Origin: a virus | DNA length: 64,000 nt | IMG/VR virus record: IMGVR_UViG_3300028581_000013 | Reading direction: 5' to 3' (one strand) | Part shown: positions 10,135-19,642 of the stretch, piece by piece | How positions within the stretch are numbered: position 1 is the stretch's first letter | Layout: every line of letters starts with the position of its first letter | Program-made: the position numbers and the translations under genes | The notes under the pieces: generated by a model | What the model was told of the DNA's origin: nothing | Databases searched by the model: none | Seen by the model: only the letters and a program-made list of their open reading frames with translations

Positions 10135-11131
10135 TATGCCTTTTGATATTACAAATGAAGAATACTTGGCTGTGTTAGAAACCGAGAAAGAAACTCTACT
10201 ACGACACTACTACAAGCCACACCACGAAGGTACAGGACATTTCAATACGGCCGCTTCTGTATTACAACACCGTATTGATGAGATTAAAAAAGAAATGGGA
10301 CAATCGTTACAATAGGAGATAGGCATGACCACATTTACCAGCGAAGATAGAGATAATGCAAGTAAATACACAGACGAAGCACCGTATCATCCTGGTTACG
10401 AAGGCGTCATACCTGATCCACAATTAAAATTAGATTTACCCAATACCGAAGAACAGAACTCACTACTACGCAAACGAATACTTGAACTAGAAGAAGAACT
10501 GAAAGAATATCGTTCTTTCAAGACCCGCCATTCCAACACAGCACAAAAGATTATTGACTTTATAAAAACATGATTACATTTTTAGGCATTCTTGGATTTC
10601 TCATCACCATACTGGTGGCTATACCAGCCACACTTATTGCTCTCGCCACACTTATCGAGCATCCAATCCGTACTATTCTTACTCTTTGGATCACTCTACT
10701 CGAAACATATAAAGACCTCTGGAATAATCTAACGAAGTAAAAAACTGGCGAAACGTAACACCAAAACTTCTATATCATGGCAAAACATCTAGTAATAGTA
10801 CCTCTCTTAATCCTCTGCGTTTCCGCCGCCTCCGGACAAGAAGCGCCTCCGATACCAAAAGATTCCAATATAGTTTTAACCTGCCGTCCTCAGAAGCCGC
10901 TGAGCCATACTTGGATTTGTATCGACCAAAATGGTAAAGAACGAACCAATTTAATCATTAAAGACAAGGAAGCAAAATGAGGTTACTACATCTCTTTCAA
11001 TACTGGACACATACCGACCTCTGGTTCTCCAAACATTTCTGGTACTTTCGAGAAACCACACCCAAAGGTTATCTACTTCTTACCATCTGTGGTATCGCAA
11101 TGGTTTTTGACCGGCCAGAGAGAAGTATCTA

Positions 11132-11503
11132 ATGCGAAACAATTACAATAATCTACCAGTGGTTATTACATCGGTTACATCAAATGAACCGATATCGGAT
11201 GTTCCTTGTGGTACTTGTACCCGTTGCTGTGAGTTGTTGGCACCAATGCTCTCATCCGAAGAAATTACCTCTGGACTATACCCATTAAGTTTTACGAACC
11301 CCACAGAACAACAACGGAAAGAGAATCCAAACTCCAATATCGTCATTACTCTATACAGAAAAGCAGGTGGTGGTTGTGGTATGTTTGTCGATGGCCGTTG
11401 CTCAATCTACGATATTCGACCCAAGGCCTGCCGACAATTTGATTGCCGAAAAGGTCATTACTCCGAACTAAACGAATTCGCCAAAGAGAAATTTAACCTA
11501 TGA
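11132..11503 (+). CDS. YkgJ-family CxxCxxCC metal-binding protein
   Basis: CGTCTRCC...C.MF...CSIYDIRPKACRQFDC. Confidence 0.85.
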   Translation: MRNNYNNLPVVITSVTSNEPISDVPCGTCTRCCELLAPMLSSEEITSGLYPLSFTNPTEQQRKENPNSNIVITLYRKAGGGCGMFVDGRCSIYDIRPKACRQFDCRKGHYSELNEFAKEKFNL

Positions 11504-11751
11504 GTCGCCAATGGAAAGACGGAGAGACCGTTGCAAACTTTCTATACTATGACGATACCGGTAGAATCATTGGCGAAGTAGGCCTTGCTGGCCATCAGAT
11601 TAAAACTAAACACACGACAACCATCTATCCAGACAACAAAGAGGTTTTCTCTTTAGGCATGTATATTAATTCTGAATATGCCAAATCTGCTGTAGAAAGA
11701 TGGTGGTTAATACAAGATAGGACATTATTAAATTATGAAGATAACAACTGA
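11500..11751 (+). CDS. Hypothetical protein
   Basis: ATGA-coupled to the previous ORF. Confidence 0.6.
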   Translation: MSRQWKDGETVANFLYYDDTGRIIGEVGLAGHQIKTKHTTTIYPDNKEVFSLGMYINSEYAKSAVERWWLIQDRTLLNYEDNN

Positions 11752-11828
11752 TGTATCCGGTAAATGGGTACCAATACAAGATGTACTGAAACTTTTAGAG
11801 AAAATACAAGAACTGGAGAAGCAACTGT

Positions 11829-12098
11829 ATGGTTCTCGTTAAGGTAGTATTACTAATGGTTTCCGTGGTGCTTACCGGATGTTCTACGATTGTACAATAT
11901 CCAGTCACAAGTGCCTCAATGGTTGTATGGGGAACTACAGGTAAGACCACGACTGACCATGCTTTATCTTTTGTAACTGGTAAAGACTGTGTAACCTTAC
12001 GAATCTTCTCTCAATATGCCAATGAGTATATCTGTGAAGAAGTGGTAGAAGAAAAGGTATATGAACTCCGAGGACTAGACAAAGTAGCAAAACGATAA
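11829..12098 (+). CDS. Putative lipoprotein
   Basis: Hydrophobic N-terminus with lipobox LTGC. Confidence 0.65.
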   Translation: MVLVKVVLLMVSVVLTGCSTIVQYPVTSASMVVWGTTGKTTTDHALSFVTGKDCVTLRIFSQYANEYICEEVVEEKVYELRGLDKVAKR

Positions 12099-12099
12099 A

Positions 12100-12425
12100 A
12101 TCCTCTGGGGCCTCCTGGAAAAAAATCCAGGAATTCGAAAATCCTGGAAAAATAGCCGAGAAAAAAAGTTACTGAATATTGCATCCGACCTGGGGCAAAA
12201 CTTTTTTAGCAGCGCAAAACAGTCTGTATTGCCTCCGAGCCGTGTCCTCTCTGAATCCCCGAGCAGCCTCTCTGAGCACCTCGCCCGTCCGAGTCAATCC
12301 CCACACGGCATCCAGAGGGGCATTCGTACCACAATCCGCCAAAATCCTCTAAGCTCCTCAATAGTCGACCAATCCGGTCAAGAATTATCCTCAATGGCCT
12401 CAATGGCTTACGGCATGCAAAAATA
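12100..12425. repeat. GC-rich, repeat-dense non-coding region
   Basis: TCCTGGA/TCCAGGA inverted and direct repeats, A-tracts, CCTCTCTGA x2, CCTCAATGG x2. Confidence 0.75.
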
Positions 12426-12429
12426 CCAT

Positions 12430-12457
12430 TTGACAAGCCCGCCAATACCTGTATAAT
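12430..12457 (+). promoter_or_regulatory. Strong sigma70 promoter
   Basis: TTGACA-16-TATAAT. Confidence 0.85.
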
Positions 12458-12490
12458 AATCTCATTAACTCAGAAAAGAAAGGAATTACC

Positions 12491-12766
12491 ATGTTTTCAT
12501 ATATTGACACCATCCAGAATTTAACCGTTGCCGAAAAGCGCAATTTGGTAAAATCTATTAAATTTATGATTAAGGAGCATATTGCTGCTAACCGTCAAGC
12601 TAATTTTGAGCGTAAGCAGAATTCCGCTTTATTGCGTGCTCAGAAAAAAGCTGACCGCATCGCCGCTCTTGAAGCAAAGCTCGAAGCGCTTCGCAATCCA
12701 GTCGGTGCCAAAGCTATCAAGGCTAACAAAAAGCCTTCCAAAGTGGTAGTTACCAAAACGGCGTAA
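12491..12766 (+). CDS. Basic early protein (hypothetical)
   Basis: Strong RBS AAAGGA directly behind the promoter. Confidence 0.8.
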   Translation: MFSYIDTIQNLTVAEKRNLVKSIKFMIKEHIAANRQANFERKQNSALLRAQKKADRIAALEAKLEALRNPVGAKAIKANKKPSKVVVTKTA

Positions 12767-13468
12767 GCTGCTGTTTTTAGTGATTTTATAGTGGCGCTTC
12801 TCAGTAGGCGCCATTAGTAAGATTATTATAATACAATATAGGGATAAAATGAGAAAATTAACCACGGATCCATTTTTAAGCCGTATGGTAACACCTAACG
12901 CAGAACGAGCTATGAATTCTGCCACTAGCAAAGGTTTTACCAAATGGGTCAATAAAGATATACAAAAAGCTGCTCTTACAGGTGACTGGTCGGATATGAT
13001 AACCAAAGCTCAAAAATCGACCAAATATTTTAGGAATACCTTTTATGCTTGATAGTATTAAATTATTACCACTTAACGATAAAAAAACACTATTGGCCAT
13101 GCTTCAAGCGGACATAGGGTTAACCATAGAGGTTAATTTTACAGTCAAAAAGCCAGAGTATTGGCAGGTAGAGACCGCTCGCTGTAACCAGGTGGCTATA
13201 GTAAAGCGTAGTGGTGGACAGGTAATTTATACAGAGCTGCAGAGTAATGATTAATCCCTTAGGTGGCGGAGATATTGTAAGACCATTGGCAAATAACCTC
13301 GTAAGACCACCGCTTTTTTCTGAGTACCTTAGTAGCTTTTCTCTAGGATACTCAGGAAATGGTAGGAAATGTGCGGAGAATCACGGAAATAAACTAAGAG
13401 CCGCAATGAGCACCAGTGTGGCGACAGCACCAGCGACTATATTACGGAAAGTAATAAAGAGGTCTCTA

Positions 13469-13529
13469 TGTTGTTTTTATACAACGGATGTTCGATTTTT
13501 ATTGACATCCACCGCCATTCTGGTATAAT
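13469..13529 (+). promoter_or_regulatory. Palindrome operator plus sigma70 promoter (copy 3)
   Basis: TGTTGTTTTTATACAACG 13469-13486; TTGACA-16-TATAAT. Confidence 0.85.
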
Positions 13530-13559
13530 GGTTGTATTATTTGATTGGAAATTATTATT

Positions 13560-14333
13560 ATGAAATTATTATCTACTGGCAATCCTAAGATTTTGAAAGG
13601 TTTGGCACAAGGTTACAATACCTACATTTTGCACCTTGCACCTTCTGACCTTTCTGGTTATAATACTTGCCCGAAAGCGACAGCAGGTTGCAAATCTGCC
13701 TGTTTGAATACGGCAGGTCGTGGTGGTCTATTCAAGAAAGGTACTACCACCAATGTTATTCAAGAAGCACGGATGCGTAAAACGGCATTTTTCTTTGAAG
13801 AGCGGAAGTATTTCATGGAGTGGTTAGTTGCTGATATTGAATTGGCGATTAAACAATCTGCTAAGAAAGGTTTGGTACCTGTATTTCGCTTAAATGGTAC
13901 TAGCGATTTATCATGGGAAAAGTATGAGGTTGTGCGTGCAGGTGAAGTTTTCACTAACATATTTGCAGCATTCCCAGATGTGCAATTTTATGATTATACT
14001 AAGGTGATTGGTCGTAAAGTATCAGGTATCAAAAATTATCATCTTACATTCTCGATGGCAGATGGTAATTATATGGATTGTAAGCGTGCCGTGGCTGAAG
14101 GTTTGAATATTGCTGTGGTATTCGGTATCAAGAAAGGTACTGCGATGCCTAAGAAATTCTTCAACCATAATCTATCCGTATTTAATGGTGATGATAGCGA
14201 TTTACGCTTTTTAGATCCTAAAGGTTGTGTGGTTGGTCTATATGCCAAAGGCAAGGCAAAGAAAGATACTAGCGGTTTCGTAAAGTATCCTGTTGGTGAT
14301 TATAAGTTTACTATGAAATTGGAGGCCGTATGA
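13560..14333 (+). CDS. Gp88-like protein (radical-SAM-related cysteine motif)
   Basis: CPKATAGCKSACL, RLNGTSD, FYDYTK, GDDSDLRFLD. Confidence 0.8.
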   Translation: MKLLSTGNPKILKGLAQGYNTYILHLAPSDLSGYNTCPKATAGCKSACLNTAGRGGLFKKGTTTNVIQEARMRKTAFFFEERKYFMEWLVADIELAIKQSAKKGLVPVFRLNGTSDLSWEKYEVVRAGEVFTNIFAAFPDVQFYDYTKVIGRKVSGIKNYHLTFSMADGNYMDCKRAVAEGLNIAVVFGIKKGTAMPKKFFNHNLSVFNGDDSDLRFLDPKGCVVGLYAKGKAKKDTSGFVKYPVGDYKFTMKLEAV

Positions 14334-14924
14334 GCGGTATGAAAGCATTTCTGGATGAAGTCCAGGTATTATTGGAGTGTGGTTACAATGCCGACCAAAT
14401 CTCCCAAGCATTAGGTTGCTCGTTGGACATGGCAGAGCAGGCAGTAGAGTATTGGACTGATTTTGCTGAATAATATGGATTGGCAGGATCGGCAGATATT
14501 GATTCGGTTCAGTATCGGTGTATCGTTATTATTAGTAGGAGTTTGTTTATGACTTATAAATTGGATTTATATGTGTTTTTATTTGGTTTATTATTAATGG
14601 TGGTATTATTATGAATGTGTATATTGTAAAATCTGGCCAGTTGGTCGATTTTTCTGGTTGGGAATGGTTGAACCTACGAGCTTTTTCGAGTTATGACAAG
14701 GCAGTAGCATTCATGCAATTGGTTCAAAACCAGATACCAACCAAGAACCTCGGTGAAACCGAGGATGTGCAAATTGAACATTTAACATTGGAGTAAAATT
14801 ATGACAGAAAAGCAATTAATACGGTTGGCCATTGAAGAATTTCACCTCAAAGGTCGTACCAATGAGCAGATAGCAAGAGTATTGCACCTGCCATTGGATA
14901 CGGTGACTGAGGAAGTGAAAAATA

Positions 14925-15242
14925 TTGTTTTCTCACCTTATTATGGGAGATAATATGTTTGGTGGTAAAATATTAGTGAAAACTAGGAAAATGGTAGAAG
15001 GTAGTCACCGCATGGAGTCCTATCAGGACACATGGAAGGACTCGGTGGATATCGAGTATGATGGTGAATTGACACCAGCGGTGACCTCGGCAATCTGTGA
15101 AGCGTGGAAAAACGCTGGCAAACTTGGTACCAATCAAAGTGGTTATGGTGCCTTACGGTGGTCAAATGCTGATAATATTGTTGGTGTAGATATTGAAAAA
15201 CGGCAATTAATTCTTAGTTGTTCGGTAAGTATTTGTGATTAA
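14925..15242 (+). CDS. Hypothetical early protein
   Basis: ORF; true start probably the internal ATG after GGGAG. Confidence 0.6.
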   Translation: MFSHLIMGDNMFGGKILVKTRKMVEGSHRMESYQDTWKDSVDIEYDGELTPAVTSAICEAWKNAGKLGTNQSGYGALRWSNADNIVGVDIEKRQLILSCSVSICD

Positions 15243-15248
15243 GTTTTG

Positions 15249-15314
15249 AATAGTTGACCGGTTTGGTCGACTATTATACAGGGTATTGACATTTCTACCA
15301 GTTTCCTGTATAAT
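15249..15314 (+). promoter_or_regulatory. Second palindrome type plus sigma70 promoter
   Basis: AATAGTTGACCGGTTTGGTCGACTATT 15249-15275; TTGACA-17-TATAAT. Confidence 0.8.
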
Positions 15315-15586
15315 GGTCTTTTAATTGGAGGTAATAATGAAAAAAGAATCATTCAAAGATTTTCTTATCAATCGATTTGAAAATTTAGAATATTATTATG
15401 TGTGTGATGGTTTACTTTTTGATTCATATCAAACGGCGGTACAATTTGCCAATGAGCAATTGCGTAAATTTGATATTGCTTTGAATATTGAGCGAGTAAT
15501 CAAGGTATGATGGTCGCAATCAGTATCGGTATTTTGTTGTATATGGTCGTATCAGCGTTATTAATTTATTTTGTTATTGAGGAGTT

Positions 15587-16126
15587 TTGAGTATGCCAAA
15601 TTGGTGTAATAATAATATTGAGTTGTCCCATCCTGATAAAGCGATGGTCGAGCGTGCCGCCAAAGCATTTGCTGATGGTACATTGTTGAATGAGTTTATT
15701 CCATTACCAAAAGAATTGGAAGACACCACGGCGCCTGCTCGTGAGTCCGATGAAGCATTGGTCGCCAAATACGGTGCTTCTGACTGGTATTCATGGTGCA
15801 TTAGTAATTGGGGTACCAAGTGGGATATCTCACCATATGGCGTAGAAATCAATGAGCATGGTGTATTGGTCGGTGCCTTTGATTCACCGTGGGGTCCTCC
15901 AATACAGGCCTATGAGCAGTTGGAGCAATTAGGTTTTGAAGTTCGTGCCTATTACAATGAACCAGGTATTGGTTTCTGTGGAATGTATGAAGGCTGTGAT
16001 GAATGCTACGATTATTCTGGCATGGATGCTGACGAAGCAGAAGATTATCTGCCAGAAGCACTTAATGAAATGTATGGTATCACGGAGAATATGTGTGAAT
16101 GGGAAGAGGAGAACGAAGAAGAATGA
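15587..16126 (+). CDS. DUF1281/YubB ferredoxin-like domain protein
   Basis: MPNWCNN, WYSWCISNWGTKWD, FDSPWGPP, YYNEPGIGFCG. Confidence 0.8.
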   Translation: MSMPNWCNNNIELSHPDKAMVERAAKAFADGTLLNEFIPLPKELEDTTAPARESDEALVAKYGASDWYSWCISNWGTKWDISPYGVEINEHGVLVGAFDSPWGPPIQAYEQLEQLGFEVRAYYNEPGIGFCGMYEGCDECYDYSGMDADEAEDYLPEALNEMYGITENMCEWEEENEEE

Positions 16127-16430
16127 GTATCTCAAATGTTGACCGTATGCGTGAAGCCTTGGTTCGTGATGAAATCAATTATTTTCAAACATTGAACCGT
16201 GGTGAATTGTTTGAAGCTCTTAAAGAGCTGCTTATTGAAAAATATGATAATATACCAGAACGGCACATTATCGAAGAATATGAAAGTTTGGCATAATTAT
16301 GAGTAAATGGGAATTTACAATCAAAGAATTAAAGGCACTTCAACAGAAAACGCCAGATACACCGGCAATCGTTGAAGCATATGTTGAATGGGTTTTATTA
16401 AAAGGTTATTCTATCAAGAAAACCAAATAG

Positions 16431-16481
16431 TGTTGTATATTTACAACAGGGGCTTGAAAACCCCTGTGGTAAGTGTATAAT
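16431..16481 (+). promoter_or_regulatory. Palindrome operator plus sigma70 promoter (copy 4)
   Basis: TGTTGTATATTTACAACA 16431-16448; TTGAAA-16-TATAAT. Confidence 0.85.
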
Positions 16482-16492
16482 GGTAGTATAAA

Positions 16493-16795
16493 TTGAATGA
16501 AAGGTACATTATGTTGAAATTTGAAGGTATTGCAAAAGTTGGTGATGTGATTCGTGCATACGATTTTGCACCATGTGCTGGTCGTGATGATGCATTTATT
16601 GAAGGTGTGGTAGAGCAGGCTAATTGTAATGAACCTGGTTTTAATTGCTATAAGGTTACGGTGACTGCTGACAAATTTGTTAAGTTTGAAACCAAACCTA
16701 ATAAAAAGAATCGTGTTGGTAAAATTATGTTTGTGCCACACCAGACCAGTTTTATGGAATTTGATTTTCGTGTGATTAATTTGAGCAAGGTGTAA
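16493..16795 (+). CDS. Hypothetical early protein
   Basis: Follows promoter; KVGDVIRAYDF. Confidence 0.7.
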   Translation: MNERYIMLKFEGIAKVGDVIRAYDFAPCAGRDDAFIEGVVEQANCNEPGFNCYKVTVTADKFVKFETKPNKKNRVGKIMFVPHQTSFMEFDFRVINLSKV

Positions 16796-16796
16796 T

Positions 16797-17105
16797 ATGA
16801 GTAAAATTAATAAGACCTTATACGAAGGCATTGATGCGTATGTTAAACATTTGGCAGATGATTATACCAATACAGCGGCTTACAATAGTAAAAAGTTTTA
16901 TATTGCTGTTGGTCGTAAGTATGTTCATATCATCATGGAAGATAACCAACGCAGTTCACATTCGTGGGTGATGTTGGTAGACGATAAGAAGTTTAAGCAA
17001 GGTGACATTCTCAAATCAGCATCATGGAATGCACCAGCAAGAAACTTTATTCGTGGTAATGTATTAAGTGGTAATTTTAATCATATTAGATGGTGTGGAG
17101 CGTAA
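16797..17105 (+). CDS. Conserved phage early protein
   Basis: GRKY..I...RSSH, GDILKSASWNAPARN.RGN. Confidence 0.75.
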   Translation: MSKINKTLYEGIDAYVKHLADDYTNTAAYNSKKFYIAVGRKYVHIIMEDNQRSSHSWVMLVDDKKFKQGDILKSASWNAPARNFIRGNVLSGNFNHIRWCGA

Positions 17106-17422
17106 TTATGAAATTAAATTATAGTGAAAAAGAAGCGGTGATGCAGGCAATATTTGGTAATCACAAATCACCTGCTGGCTTTCGGTCAACCTACAAAGGT
17201 GTGCCAATTGGTAACTATGAAATGGTAAAACAATTTATTGATTTTACCAAATATTTTGTAATGTTCCGTGGTCCTCGTAGGCGTGGTGCCAGTTCCACTC
17301 GTAAGTGTGATGCAAAAGCTTTTGATGTGTATCAGCGTGATGCTCGTGTAGTTCATGAGATTCGTATTGAGCTTGAGGCGTTTCAGCGTGGTGTAAAGTG
17401 GGCTAATAATCGTAGTCATTAG
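17090..17422 (+). CDS. Hypothetical protein
   Basis: FRGPR motif; in operon. Confidence 0.65.
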   Translation: MVWSVIMKLNYSEKEAVMQAIFGNHKSPAGFRSTYKGVPIGNYEMVKQFIDFTKYFVMFRGPRRRGASSTRKCDAKAFDVYQRDARVVHEIRIELEAFQRGVKWANNRSH

Positions 17423-17549
17423 TATTAAGTCTTAATGGAGGGATATCCTTGGCGGACTATAAACGGCCTAAACAGCAGCAGTCTTTTTTGTTGGCTATAG
17501 ACTATAAAGAAAAACCAACACTTATTCTTATTTGATTGGAGTTTATATT

Positions 17550-18005
17550 ATGGGTACCAGAAGTTTAACATTTGTTTACAATGAATCCAAGAGCGGAGAA
17601 GCCGCTGAGCGTATCATCAATATGTACCGTCAATACGATGGTTATCCAACAGGCCATGGTGCCGAGTTGGCAGAGTTTTTAAGTGCTGGTCGTATGGTGA
17701 ATGGCTTGGCTCAAACCAAAACTGTCAAAGAAATTGTTTTTAATGGCATGGGTTGTTTGGCTGCACAGATGGTAGCAAACTTCAAAGATGGTGCTGGTCA
17801 ATTCTATTTGCATCCTGTTGTTCAGCAATCGTGTGGTCAGGATTACGAATATCATATTTTGAATGTTGATGGTCAATTCAAAATTGAAGTGTATTATTGT
17901 GGTTGCAATATGTTTGGTATGAGCAGTGATTATGAGAGTGAAGTTATTTTCTCTGGTTCATTACCTGAGTTTGTGGAATTCTGTAAAGAAAAGGAGACAG
18001 CATGA
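17550..18005 (+). CDS. Conserved phage early protein
   Basis: MGTRSLT, YRQYDGYP.GHG, NGMGCLAAQ. Confidence 0.75.
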   Translation: MGTRSLTFVYNESKSGEAAERIINMYRQYDGYPTGHGAELAEFLSAGRMVNGLAQTKTVKEIVFNGMGCLAAQMVANFKDGAGQFYLHPVVQQSCGQDYEYHILNVDGQFKIEVYYCGCNMFGMSSDYESEVIFSGSLPEFVEFCKEKETA

Positions 18006-18235
18006 AAAAGAAATCAATTAAAGATTTATTTCCCGGTATTATGGTTCTAGATAACGAACCAGTTGAGGTTAGAAATCCATTTAGTGGTGAGAGCACAGTT
18101 CTAACGCCTGATGAGGTTGCGGTTTATGATTATCTCAAAGGTTGTGAATTGATAGGTGACCATAAAGGTTTGCGTAAAGCCCTTGATTGGTTTCGTACCA
18201 ACAATGGTAACGCTTACATGATTTTATTGGATTAA
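18002..18235 (+). CDS. Hypothetical protein
   Basis: ATGA-coupled; NPFSGE...YMILLD. Confidence 0.65.
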   Translation: MKKKSIKDLFPGIMVLDNEPVEVRNPFSGESTVLTPDEVAVYDYLKGCELIGDHKGLRKALDWFRTNNGNAYMILLD

Positions 18236-18767
18236 ATATGAGTTACGATTCTGATGTTGAAAACATTTACATGGTTGAGTTTGAGTCCGGCCGCACCATA
18301 CATACGAGCTTTTATGAAGTTCAAGATGTGAAGGAATTTTGTGCGGATGAGTATCCAAATGAAACCATCAAAGTAATTTACCAAGAAGTTTATGTTGGTG
18401 GAGATGAAGATGAATAAAAACGATTATCAAATCGATTGGAATAAATTGGCCAAGTATAATATTGTGGTCAATACACGACCAAAAGATCCGTTGCAAGATG
18501 TGATGAAGAATGATGAGTTGGTTTCGTGGATGCAGGAATATCCTGATGCTATGGATGCCATTAATAAAATAAAGGCAAAGAAATGAATTATTATCTTGTA
18601 GAATTTATGGATGATTCGGTTCATACTCAGTATGAAGGAGTTTCCGCTATTTCAGCCCAAGAGGCGGTGTATAGTATTAAACTCGGTTGGCCTGATGCCA
18701 AGATTTTAAATGTTTGGCAAGAAACTGGTGAAAACGACCAGTGGCGTGATGAAGATTTGGATGGTAG

Positions 18768-19169
18768 GTGTTAATGAGTATTAGTGCATACAAAGAAATT
18801 ACAGAATGGAATGAACCAGATTTTGTGGTGCCTAATCATATCTATTTGTTTGATGGTAAATCCAATATTTTAGCCTATGCTCGTGAGAGTGATGGTCAGG
18901 TAACAGTATTCAAAAAACCATTACCAATGGACACTCGTAGGCGTAAGTTTATCAAGGTCAAACACAAAGAATTGGACGCCATAGGCGCAACGGTGGTGGT
19001 TCAACAACCAGAAGCTTTGAATGTGCCACATTGGCAGGTCGTAAGTGATTCAGGCAAGACCTATACAGTCACTCTAGAATCTGGTAAATATCAATGTAAT
19101 TGTATAGGGTATGCCTATCGTGGTAAATGTAAACATAGTGAGCAGATAAAAAATGAAAATAGTAATTAA
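18768..19169 (+). CDS. SWIM zinc-finger protein
   Basis: C-terminal SDSGKTYTV...CNCIGYAYRGKCKH. Confidence 0.75.
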   Translation: MLMSISAYKEITEWNEPDFVVPNHIYLFDGKSNILAYARESDGQVTVFKKPLPMDTRRRKFIKVKHKELDAIGATVVVQQPEALNVPHWQVVSDSGKTYTVTLESGKYQCNCIGYAYRGKCKHSEQIKNENSN

Positions 19170-19488
19170 TTCTGATTATGGTGGTTTTTCTTTGTCTGAT
19201 TGGGCAATCGAAACATATGCTGACCGCAAAGGTATCAAATTGAAAAAAGAAAAAACCACATTTGGTATAACATTATATACGAATATTGATACCAATGAAG
19301 ATTTTGAAAGCAGGGACATTGAACGAAATGATCCTGTGTTGATTAAAGTTGTTGAAGATTTAGGTAGTAAATCATTTGGTTTTGCTGCCAATTTAAAAAT
19401 TGTGGAAATACCCGATGATGTGGATTGGGAAGTGGTACAATACGATGGTTTGGAACATATTGCAGAAAAACATAGAACATGGTATTAA
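19153..19488 (+). CDS. Conserved phage hypothetical protein
   Basis: KIVIN..YGGFSLS, R.DPVL..VVE, EIPDD, YDG.E.IAEKHRTW. Confidence 0.75.
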   Translation: MKIVINSDYGGFSLSDWAIETYADRKGIKLKKEKTTFGITLYTNIDTNEDFESRDIERNDPVLIKVVEDLGSKSFGFAANLKIVEIPDDVDWEVVQYDGLEHIAEKHRTWY

Positions 19489-19491
19489 AAG

Positions 19492-19542
19492 TGTTGTATG
19501 GACACAACAATAGGTTGACTTCTGGTGTGGTACCTGTATAAT
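19492..19542 (+). promoter_or_regulatory. Palindrome operator plus sigma70 promoter (copy 5) driving tRNAs
   Basis: TGTTGTATGGACACAACA 19492-19509; TTGACT-16-TATAAT. Confidence 0.85.
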
Positions 19543-19555
19543 GGTAGTTTGAATT

Positions 19556-19641
19556 GGGTAAGCGGTAAAGTTGGAGAGTTACAGCGGACTGTAAATCCGT
19601 TGCCTAAGGCTGAGTTGGTTCGAATCCATCCTTACCCACCA
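19556..19641 (+). tRNA. tRNA-Tyr(GTA)
   Basis: Acceptor GGGTAAG/CTTACCC, A73, CCA; anticodon arm GCGGA-CTGTAAA-TCCGT; long variable arm; TTCGAAT. Confidence 0.93.
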
Positions 19642-19642
19642 T

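Noticed and set aside
12206-12456. Opposing 79-aa and 75-aa ORFs
   Set aside because: No RBS, atypical composition, and they lie in a repeat-rich GC block running into a promoter.
13247-13528. 93-aa ORF
   Set aside because: It runs through the phased repeats, operator and promoter; treated as non-coding.
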